A DNA stretch of 64,000 bases from Erysipelotrichaceae bacterium (GTDB taxonomy: Bacteria; Bacillota_I; Bacilli_A; Erysipelotrichales; Erysipelotrichaceae): the NCBI GenBank assembly GCA_017445225.1, contig JAFSUN010000004.1:3280-67279 (forward strand), in the 5' to 3' direction. Every line of letters starts with the position of its first letter. Position 1 is the first letter of the stretch. Shown one piece after another: positions 47,629 through 57,025 of the stretch. A program made the translations under genes and the position numbers. The notes beneath the pieces were generated by a model that saw only the letters and a program-made list of their open reading frames with translations, was not told the origin of the DNA and made no database searches.

Positions 47629-47938
47629 GTTTATTCCTTTCAAACAATTCATGAATGTTCTTAAAAAAAGCTATCTCTTCCTTATCTGTCGACGAAGAAC
47701 AAGTATACTCATTGAATTTATGATTGTATATCGAAAATATGTTTTTGTCAGTTGTGCCATTATTTTTTAGTTTTTCACCACACCACGGACAATAGTTTAA
47801 GGAAATACACTCTCCTGAAAAAGCGTTTATCAGATAATATGTGTCTTCTGATTCATCATAATAGGCCACTTTGTCACTTGCAATATAATCATCTATGTCT
47901 TCAACAACATTACATCTCATTCTTTCACAATCATGCAT
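47621..47938 (-). CDS. Small Cys-rich CPWCG-motif protein
   Basis: 105 aa: HDCERMRCNV...VAYYDESEDTYYLI...ISLNYCPWCGEKL. RBS TGGAGA. A+T-rich. Confidence 0.6.
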   Translation of the reverse strand: MHDCERMRCNVVEDIDDYIASDKVAYYDESEDTYYLINAFSGECISLNYCPWCGEKLKNNGTTDKNIFSIYNHKFNEYTCSSSTDKEEIAFFKNIHELFERNKHE

Positions 47939-47952
47939 ATCATTATCTCCAT

Positions 47953-48066
47953 TTATTTATTGTTTCCGATATTGTAAACTGTGCAGTTTCCATATCCGTC
48001 ATATTCATATCTCGCTGCCAAAGAACCATTGGAATCAAGAATCTCTATTGTATTATCTATGCTTTC
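47953..48066 (-). pseudogene. Start-less 37-codon remnant resembling an RHS/YD-repeat unit
   Basis: My own translation between two in-frame stops is ESIDNTIEILDSNGSLAARYEYDGYGNCTVYNIGNNK. The xxGxLxxxYxYDxxGN pattern is the YD-repeat consensus. It ends 14 nt before the ATG of the 105-aa gene. Confidence 0.35.
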
Positions 48067-48104
48067 TTAATGCGGATGTATCTGGTTCATCTGTTTTATA
48101 ACGT

Positions 48105-48683
48105 TTATGATTTTTTTAAGGAATACTTTACTTTTGCAATAATCAACCGTAGCTTATTACCAAACATGCCAACCGGAACATAAATCTCTTCGCCATCATA
48201 TTCTCGCAGAACATCGTAAATCTCATAAAACTCTGTCTCTACGCAATACAGATGACTATTGGCACATATATTGCTCACTGTTTCTACAGACAAATTGCAC
48301 TGTACATGGACATAAAAATCGTATCCAACATCAATTACTAATTCCCTTCCTACTATAACACCCCAGACTCTATTTCTCAGGCAATCACGAATGAAACTTT
48401 TTATCTTCATTACATGATATTTCTTGCTTTGTCTCCATTTATAGGACTGTATTGTCCACCTCTCCAGACGCCTGATTTCAAATGAGTCTGTTTTACTGCT
48501 TATGGCAATTTCCTCAATGGTTTTAAGGTATAGTTCTTCAACTCTTTCATACTCTTTTCGTGTCAGAACAGGAAAACAGGACTTTTTATTGATATCAGAA
48601 TAACCTGTCCACTCTTTTGGATAACGATACTTTCCATTTTCATCATAATCGTTGGGGTTATATTTAGATATTTTATAAAACAT
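48105..48683 (-). CDS. Hypothetical protein (192 aa), unknown family
   Basis: Good RBS (AGGTGA). MFYKISKYNPNDYDENGKYRYPKEWTGYSDINKK... A+T-rich. I recognise no motif. Confidence 0.6.
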   Translation of the reverse strand: MFYKISKYNPNDYDENGKYRYPKEWTGYSDINKKSCFPVLTRKEYERVEELYLKTIEEIAISSKTDSFEIRRLERWTIQSYKWRQSKKYHVMKIKSFIRDCLRNRVWGVIVGRELVIDVGYDFYVHVQCNLSVETVSNICANSHLYCVETEFYEIYDVLREYDGEEIYVPVGMFGNKLRLIIAKVKYSLKKS

Positions 48684-48880
48684 AATTAGTCACCTATCCA
48701 TTTGAGAAATTCATCAAAAGTACCTAATCTCTTATTATCAGAAAGAATGTCTGACAGTTTTTTTGCCATCTTCCAAACGCCACCTTTATGTGCATCAGCA
48801 TCTGGGGAATTATATGTTTTTCGGGTTATAGTGGACTGGTATGTCCTTTTAGTGGCTTACGGATCCATATGCTTACAATT

Positions 48881-49243
48881 TCATGCTGCTTTAATTCCAG
48901 CTTCCTTCATTCTATATCCTACCAGACTCATGTAACCCAGACTGCTGTGCAATCTCTTCCGGTTATAGAAGATCTCTATGTAGTAAAACAAATCCTTCTC
49001 CACTTCTTCAATTGTACTATATTTCTTCCTGTAGAAACATTCCTTCTTCCTACTGGCAAAGAAACTTTCCATGCAGCTGTTGTCATATGGACATCCTCCC
49101 TTGCTCATGCTTCCTTCTATGTTGTTTTCCACCAACATCTTCTGGTATTTCTTACTGCAGTACTGACATCCCCTGTCATCGTGGAATATCAACCTATTCT
49201 CCTTGTTTCCTCTCTTTACCAGCGCATTTCCCAACGCATTCAA
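48881..49243 (-). pseudogene. IS3-family transposase OrfB (rve/DDE integrase core) C-terminal fragment
   Basis: ..LIFHDDRGCQYCSKKY...SMSKGGCPYDNSCMESFF...FYNRKRLHSSLGYMS matches the HSDRGSQY / CYDNAxxESFF / FYNxxRxHSxLGY pattern. The N-terminal two-thirds (DD residues, OrfA) are missing, and the fragment abuts the eno stop. Confidence 0.8.
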
Positions 49244-49299
49244 AGAAAAGAAGATCCGAAATACTTCAGATCTTCTTCCACAATACTTACTTGGATGAC

Positions 49300-50691
<1,392 letters not shown>

Positions 50692-50788
50692 TCATTTCTT
50701 TTTTACCGGTACAAAGGTAGTAAAAAGCGCCTTCTTGGATTATCATTATGGTGTAGCAGAATTAACTGATTAAGAAAGGAAAAACAGC

Positions 50789-51964
50789 ATGAGCAGATAC
50801 GATACCGATTACAGCAAGATGCGCTTTGCGACCCGCGCCATCAAGAGCGGTGAAGGCCCCGATCCGGTGACCAAGGCCCTCAATACCCCCATTTACGAAA
50901 CTTCAACCTACGGCTATGAGACCGCCGAACAGTATGATGAAATGCTGGCGAGAGGCGCTAAGTGGGAACCCGATCTCTACATCTATTCCCGCACCACCAA
51001 CCCGACGACCAACGCCCTGGAAAAGAAGGTTATGGCCCTGGAAGGTGCTGAGGATGCCGTCATCTGTTCCTGCGGCATGGCCGCCATCTCCAATGCCCTG
51101 TTATCAAATCTGAATGCCGGTGACCATGTCATCTGCTCTGACGATACCTTCATGTGTACCTCCAGCCTGTTCGCCGACATCCTGCCGGCCAAGGGAATTG
51201 AAACCTGCCGGGTCGAGGTTCTGAATGTTGAAAACATCGAAAAGGCCATGAAGCCCAACACCAAGGTCGTCTACCTGGAAGCCCTGTCCAACCCGCAGCT
51301 GAAGCTGGCTGACTTACCGGCCATTGCCGAGATCGCCCATAAGCACGGCTGCAAGTTCATCGTTGACAACACCTTCCTGTCCCCGGTCGTCATGCGCCCG
51401 TTAAAGTGGGGAGCTGACATCGTCGTCCACTCCGGTACCAAGTACTACGTCGGCCATGGCGATGCCCTGTGCGGAATCGTCGCCGGCAGCAAGAAGGACA
51501 TCGACCGAGTCCGTTATTACTACGATAACTTCGGTTCCCATATCGCTCCTTATGACTCCTGGCTGGCTTTAAGAAGCGTCAGAACAATGCCGTTAAGAGT
51601 CAGAAAGCAGTCGGAAAATGCCATGGCGCTGGCCAGATGGTTTGAAACCCGGCCGGAAGTCGACTTCGTCACCTATCCGGGATTAGAAAGCCATCACCAG
51701 CATGAGCTGGCAACCAGGATCTTTGAAGACGGACTGTACGGCGGCATGCTGTGCGTTCACTTAAAGGGCGGCTATGAGGAAATGTGCCGGTTCGCCGACG
51801 CCACCAGAATTCCGCCAATCGCCACCTCACTGGGCGACGTGGTAACCCTGATGTTCCCGAAGAGCGCCTACAACAACCTGATCCGCATCTCCACGGGCTG
51901 CGAAGATGTTCAGGATCTGATCGATGACTTCACTCAGGCCTTTGATCAGTATAACCGAAAATAG
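50789..51964 (+). CDS. PLP-dependent Cys/Met-metabolism enzyme (methionine gamma-lyase / cystathionine gamma-synthase family)
   Basis: YSRTTNPT, DNTFLSP and HSGTKYYVGHGD (PLP lysine). 391 aa. Confidence 0.85.
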   Translation: MSRYDTDYSKMRFATRAIKSGEGPDPVTKALNTPIYETSTYGYETAEQYDEMLARGAKWEPDLYIYSRTTNPTTNALEKKVMALEGAEDAVICSCGMAAISNALLSNLNAGDHVICSDDTFMCTSSLFADILPAKGIETCRVEVLNVENIEKAMKPNTKVVYLEALSNPQLKLADLPAIAEIAHKHGCKFIVDNTFLSPVVMRPLKWGADIVVHSGTKYYVGHGDALCGIVAGSKKDIDRVRYYYDNFGSHIAPYDSWLALRSVRTMPLRVRKQSENAMALARWFETRPEVDFVTYPGLESHHQHELATRIFEDGLYGGMLCVHLKGGYEEMCRFADATRIPPIATSLGDVVTLMFPKSAYNNLIRISTGCEDVQDLIDDFTQAFDQYNRK

Positions 51965-52044
51965 GAAATCAGTAATACGGGGAATTTCTGATATCTCCCC
52001 TGTCAGACAGACAGCGGAAACAATCATCTCTAAGAGCATTTGTT

Positions 52045-52090
52045 AACCATCTGGAATTACAGATCAGCTGTGATCCAGATGGTTTTCTTG
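52045..52090 (+). terminator. Terminator of the PLP-enzyme gene
   Basis: 11-bp arms AACCATCTGGA/TCCAGATGGTT (52045-52055, 52074-52084), followed by TTCTTG. Confidence 0.6.
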
Positions 52091-52134
52091 TTCAGACAAC
52101 TTAGGCCTGATAATGCTTGTTTTCAATTGACCAA

Positions 52135-52169
52135 CAGAAAACCGGAACGTACTCCGTTCCGGTCTTTTG
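52135..52169. terminator. Bidirectional terminator downstream of pgk-tpiA
   Basis: ACCGGAACG-TACTC-CGTTCCGGT with T-runs on both strands. Confidence 0.7.
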
Positions 52170-52184
52170 CATATGGTATTTCTT

Positions 52185-54122
52185 CTACTTTACAGCGTTG
52201 ATGATGGCTGTGAAGGAATCAACCTTCAGGCTGGCTCCGCCGATCAGAGCGCCGTCGATGTCTTCTTCGGCCATGTAATCAGCGATGTTTTCCGGCTTGA
52301 CGCTTCCGCCGTACTGAACTCTTACCTTATTGGCGACATCATCACCGAAGTTCTTTCTGACTTCGTCTCTGACGATGGCACAGGTAGCCTCAGCGATTTC
52401 CTTGGTGGCGTTCTTACCGGTTCCGATAGCCCAGATCGGCTCGTAAGCGATAACCAGGTTGGCAACATCCTTGCCATCCAGGCCGGCTAAGCATTCCCTG
52501 ATCTGAGTTCTTACCCAGTCTTCAGTCTGGCCGGCTTCGAACTGTTCGAGGGTCTCACCGCAGCAGATGATCGGGGTGATTCCGGCAGCGATCAGTCTCT
52601 TGGCCTTCAGGTTAACGGTCTCGTTGGTATCACCGAACATCTGACGTCTTTCTGAATGACCGATGATGCACCACTTGACACCGATTTCTTCCAGCATCGG
52701 TACGCTTACTTCACCGGTGAAGGCACCGCTGTCCTTGAAGTGGCAGTTTTCAGCAGCGACGATCAGGTTCTTGGCGTTCTTGACGCTTGACTGTAAGGCC
52801 AGGAAGCTGGTGGCGACACCGAAGGTAGCCTTATTGTGGCATAACGGATCGATGGCCTTGATGAATTCCTCAGCCTCGGCGATGGTCTTGTTCATCTTCC
52901 AGTTACCGACGATGATCGGCTTACGGCCCTTATCTTCGATGATGGCAATGCCAGGTAATACCTTGCCTTCCATGTATTCCAGAGAAGCTCCGCCACCGGT
53001 GGAGATGTGAGTGAACTTGTCCTTGAAGCCTAACTTCATGGCAGCTGCAGCTGAGTCGCCGCCGCCGATGACGGTTGTGGCACCTTCCAGCTTGGAGATG
53101 GCCTTGCAGACTTCTTCGGTACCGACAGCGTACTTGTCAACTTCGAATACGCCCATTGGTCCATTCCAGACTACGGTCTTGGCGCCTTCGAGTTCCTTGG
53201 CAAACAGAGCGATGGTCTTAGGTCCGATATCCAGGCCCATGTAGCCATCCGGGATGTTTCCTTCAACGACGAATGATTCGGTATCTGCCGGCGGGAAGCT
53301 GTTGGCTACTACCGTATCAACCGGTAAGATGATTCTGCCATTGGCCTTTTCCAGGAAGCTCTTGGCCAGGTCGATCTTGTCAGCTTCCAGTAAGGATGTG
53401 CCGACAGTCTGTCCCTTGGCAGCCAGGAATGTATAGGCCATGCCGCCGCCGATGATGACCTTGTCGGCCTTGCCTAACAGGTTTTCAATGACAGCGATCT
53501 TGTCGGATACCTTGGCACCGCCCAGAATGGCGACCATCGGACGCTTGGGATCATCGATGGCTGCGGCCAGGTTTTCAACTTCCTTCTGTACCAGGTAGCC
53601 ACAGGCACTTGGCAGGATGGAAGGAATGCCGACGGTTGAAGCATGAGCTCTGTGAACTGATCCGAAGGCATCGGAAACATACAGTTCGCCTAAGGAAGCC
53701 CAGTACTTTGATAAATCAGGGTCGTTCTTGCTTTCTCCCTTTTCATAACGGGTATTCTGAACTAATAAGATCTCGCCGTCCTTTAAGGCTGCGGCCATTT
53801 CTTCCAGCTGCGGGCCTCTGGTAACCGGGCAGAATGAGACCTTGGCATCAACCAGTTCCGCCAGTCTGACGGCAACCGGAGCCATGTTGTTCTTCTTCTT
53901 GTCTGCTTCGCACTTGACAGGGTCCTTGTGGTCGACCTTGCCCAGGTGTGACATCAGGATAACTCTGGCGCCATTGTTGACCAGGTAATTGATGGTCGGT
54001 AAGGCAGCCTGGATTCTGTTGTCATTGGTGATGACGCCGTCTTTTAACGGAACGTTGAAGTCAACTCTGACAATGACTCTTTTTCCTCTAACGTTTAAAT
54101 CTTCTACTGTTTTCTTAGCCAT
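52185..54122 (-). CDS. pgk: Fused phosphoglycerate kinase / triosephosphate isomerase
   Basis: A single 645-aa ORF. The N-terminal ~395 aa are PGK ([26 protein letters not shown]). The C-terminal ~250 aa are TIM ([28 protein letters not shown]). There is no stop or frameshift between them. Confidence 0.93.
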   Translation of the reverse strand: MAKKTVEDLNVRGKRVIVRVDFNVPLKDGVITNDNRIQAALPTINYLVNNGARVILMSHLGKVDHKDPVKCEADKKKNNMAPVAVRLAELVDAKVSFCPVTRGPQLEEMAAALKDGEILLVQNTRYEKGESKNDPDLSKYWASLGELYVSDAFGSVHRAHASTVGIPSILPSACGYLVQKEVENLAAAIDDPKRPMVAILGGAKVSDKIAVIENLLGKADKVIIGGGMAYTFLAAKGQTVGTSLLEADKIDLAKSFLEKANGRIILPVDTVVANSFPPADTESFVVEGNIPDGYMGLDIGPKTIALFAKELEGAKTVVWNGPMGVFEVDKYAVGTEEVCKAISKLEGATTVIGGGDSAAAAMKLGFKDKFTHISTGGGASLEYMEGKVLPGIAIIEDKGRKPIIVGNWKMNKTIAEAEEFIKAIDPLCHNKATFGVATSFLALQSSVKNAKNLIVAAENCHFKDSGAFTGEVSVPMLEEIGVKWCIIGHSERRQMFGDTNETVNLKAKRLIAAGITPIICCGETLEQFEAGQTEDWVRTQIRECLAGLDGKDVANLVIAYEPIWAIGTGKNATKEIAEATCAIVRDEVRKNFGDDVANKVRVQYGGSVKPENIADYMAEEDIDGALIGGASLKVDSFTAIINAVK

Positions 54123-54203
54123 ATACTCCTCCTATATGCATTTAGATTATACCACGGCAGGCGGTATATTATTCCCAAAATATGTTCACTTGCGGTCAAA
54201 TAA

Positions 54204-55343
54204 CTACTGAACGCCTCTCAGCTGGGCATGCGGTATGTAGCGGCGGACGATTTCCAGCAGTTTCTGCATTTCCCGGTCATCATAGGCGCTGTAGCCCCTT
54301 CTGACGCACTGGGGACCGTCGACGAATTTCTGCAGGTAATAATGCCGGCTGTTCTTCAGCCACTCCGCCATCATCTCAATGTCCTTGCGGTCATGAAACT
54401 GGCGGACCACGGTGGTCCTGAACTCATAGTCAACCGGATCCCTTAACAGGAATTCGATCGATTCCATGATCCGGTCCATCTTCAGACTGCCTTCCGGCAT
54501 GCCGACCGTCATGGCGTACTTGTCGGGAACGTTCTTGACGTCCATCGCCACGTAGTCCACCAGTTTCTCGCTGACCAGATCCTTTAAGACATCGGGACGG
54601 AAACCGTTGGTATCGATCTTGACCTTATAGCCCATGTCCTTGACCTCGCGGATGAAGTCGGTGATCTCCGGCTGCAGCAGCGGTTCCCCGCCGGTGAAAC
54701 AGACCCCGTCCAGGATTCCCTTCCGCTTATTCAGGAAATCCAGCACGTCGACCGGATCGACATACGAGAAGTTCTCCGGTATGTAGACCAGATCCCGCCG
54801 GAAGCAGTAAGGACACTTGAAATTACAGCCGGAAGTATGAATGGTACCGGCTACCAGGCCCGGATAATCGCTCAGGGACAGCTTGTCCAGCCGGCCGATC
54901 CTTACCTCGGAGTACTTCTGCTGCGGGGAGATGGCCCGGACGTTTTCCTTGACGCCGGCAAACTGCTCCTCCACGTTCTCACTGTCCAGCCCTTTCATCA
55001 GCTGGTTGCAGCATTCGTTGCGGAAGTTGTAGAGAACGTTGATGATCTCGCCGGTCTTCTTGGTCGTATACAGTCTCTTGACCCGGCGGTCCTTCTCATC
55101 GGTGATGACGCTGATGTATTCCTGTTCGATCAGCCGCTGAATGCCCTTGGTGGTGGTTCCCTTGTCGAAATCAGCCATCCTGGTCAGCTGCTGCATGGTA
55201 ATGCCCTCATTCTCATATATCAGCAACAAAAAGATCATCTGTCCGCTGCCGATGCCGTATGGGGCCAGATAACGGTCGAAATACTTCTGCACGTAGCGGT
55301 AGATGACGGATATGTTCATGATGAAATTGTTCTGACTGTTCAC
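54204..55343 (-). CDS. MarR-type winged-HTH domain fused to a glycyl-radical-enzyme activase-like radical SAM domain (NrdG/TIGR02495-like)
   Basis: The N-terminal ~140 aa are MarR-like (GIGSGQMIFLLLIYENEGITMQQLTRMADFDKGTTTKGIQRLIEQEYI). The C-terminal half has GCNFKCPYCF (CxxxCxxC) and FTGGEPLL. The likely start is the GTG at 55343, 9 nt after GGAGG; an ATG at 55319 is the alternative. Confidence 0.75.
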   Translation of the reverse strand: MNSQNNFIMNISVIYRYVQKYFDRYLAPYGIGSGQMIFLLLIYENEGITMQQLTRMADFDKGTTTKGIQRLIEQEYISVITDEKDRRVKRLYTTKKTGEIINVLYNFRNECCNQLMKGLDSENVEEQFAGVKENVRAISPQQKYSEVRIGRLDKLSLSDYPGLVAGTIHTSGCNFKCPYCFRRDLVYIPENFSYVDPVDVLDFLNKRKGILDGVCFTGGEPLLQPEITDFIREVKDMGYKVKIDTNGFRPDVLKDLVSEKLVDYVAMDVKNVPDKYAMTVGMPEGSLKMDRIMESIEFLLRDPVDYEFRTTVVRQFHDRKDIEMMAEWLKNSRHYYLQKFVDGPQCVRRGYSAYDDREMQKLLEIVRRYIPHAQLRGVQ

Positions 55344-55451
55344 TGAGAGCAACCTCCGGAATGATTGGACTTCCAAGTATATTTTAGAGTTTGGACCCTG
55401 TTTAGTCAACTTTCATACAAGAAAAAGCACCTGTTGCCAGGTGCCTTGCGG

Positions 55452-57011
55452 TTATTTAACGCTGGTGCGGCGGTGATTCAGGGTTCTGATCTCGCCATCC
55501 AGTTCATAGGTTACGCTGTCTTCCCTTTCACTGATGATCCGGCCTCTTTCAAACAGGGCCCGTACCTGAGAGAGCTGCTGCTTCTTGGTCTCGTCATAGT
55601 TCTGCAGATTGTCACTGGTTAATAAGATGCCGCCATGCAGAGCGCTCATGGTATAGAGATACTCCTTCTCCTGCAGGGTCAGTTTGATGTTGTCGTCTCT
55701 TAGGAAGAAGACATCGGGATCGCTTAAGAAGGCCCGGTTGTTGAGCTGACGGCGGTAATAGGTGGTATCGATGGCATTCCGGGTGGACACTCTTTCCTTG
55801 TGAATGATGCGCATGATGGGCTTGTCATTCCAGTCCAGGGAGACGTCGCAGCTGACGCGGCAGTAGTCGACATTGCCGAAGGCCGGCATCAGCGGTACAC
55901 CGCAGCCTAAGATCAGCTTGCCGGCGCACAGATCCCGCAGCCATCTCATGGCATCCAGCATCTTGCCGCCTCTGGTGCGCTTTTCGTCACCGAAGACTGC
56001 TCCGGCATACAGGAAATCGAGCTTGACGAGGTCAAAGCCCCATTCATCGAAGACCCTTCTGAAGACCTTGGTGATGTAATCGCGGACTTCCGGATTATCG
56101 AGATCCAGGGAAACGAAGCCGCCCCAGTTACAGCCATCCAGCCAGGGTTCTCCCTCGTGTTTCAGCAGCCAGTCGGGATGGTTCTTATAGATCTCACTGC
56201 TGGTATTGCAGACAAAGGGTGCCAGCCACAGTCCGGCCTTGAAACCGGCTTCGTGGATGCGGTCGCAGCTGGCCTTCATGCCTTCCGGGAACTTGACGGG
56301 ATCCGGCTCCAGCCAGTCGCCGACATTGGGTTCCCAGCCGTCATCGATCTGGAAGAGATCGCCCGGCTTCAGAATGTCCTTGCAGCCCTCGAGGTCAGCG
56401 GCGATGTAATCAGCATTGATGTCCTCATAGCGGTTGTACCAGCTGGAATAGCCGAACAGCTTTTCCCGGGTGTTGGGAATGACGAACAGCTTTCTGAACC
56501 AGCTGTCGAACACTTCCTGCTCACCGCCCTCCAGATAGCAGAATTCCAGCGCCGTGAAGTCACCGTCGACTTCCAGGCCCTTGCAGTCACGCTCAATGTA
56601 GAGGCGGTCGGTACGGGTATTGTAGCGGAAGAGGTGATAGCCGTTTTCCTCACTCAGCGAGGCAAACAGACGGTAACGGTCCTTATCGCGGAAATAGCAG
56701 TAGGAATAGCCGTGGATCTCGCCCCGGTTTTTGCCGTACGGGTAGAAATGATAGTCGCCATAGCGGTCGAGGGAGAACTTGTCGATCAGAGCCCTGGGCA
56801 GATGGTTAATGCCCCTTTCGCCGCCGTAGCGGTTGTACTCGGGACTCCAGGTCCAGGTCTGATAGCCGTTGAAGAACATCCGGTCGCTTTCTTCCATCTG
56901 AATGGTCAGAAGCACCTTGTCGATCCGGCCGTGGTAGTTGACGGTGATGCGGTTTTCTTCCTGCAGCTCACCTCTGCCTGTAATCTCATTTACCTGCCAA
57001 ATGTATTTCAT
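55452..57011 (-). CDS. Alpha-galactosidase-like glycoside hydrolase (clan GH-D, GH36/GH27-type)
   Basis: FQIDDGWE and the nucleophile region VKLDFLYAG. 519 aa. Confidence 0.7.
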   Translation of the reverse strand: MKYIWQVNEITGRGELQEENRITVNYHGRIDKVLLTIQMEESDRMFFNGYQTWTWSPEYNRYGGERGINHLPRALIDKFSLDRYGDYHFYPYGKNRGEIHGYSYCYFRDKDRYRLFASLSEENGYHLFRYNTRTDRLYIERDCKGLEVDGDFTALEFCYLEGGEQEVFDSWFRKLFVIPNTREKLFGYSSWYNRYEDINADYIAADLEGCKDILKPGDLFQIDDGWEPNVGDWLEPDPVKFPEGMKASCDRIHEAGFKAGLWLAPFVCNTSSEIYKNHPDWLLKHEGEPWLDGCNWGGFVSLDLDNPEVRDYITKVFRRVFDEWGFDLVKLDFLYAGAVFGDEKRTRGGKMLDAMRWLRDLCAGKLILGCGVPLMPAFGNVDYCRVSCDVSLDWNDKPIMRIIHKERVSTRNAIDTTYYRRQLNNRAFLSDPDVFFLRDDNIKLTLQEKEYLYTMSALHGGILLTSDNLQNYDETKKQQLSQVRALFERGRIISEREDSVTYELDGEIRTLNHRRTSVK

Positions 57012-57025
57012 CTTAAGCCTCTTTT

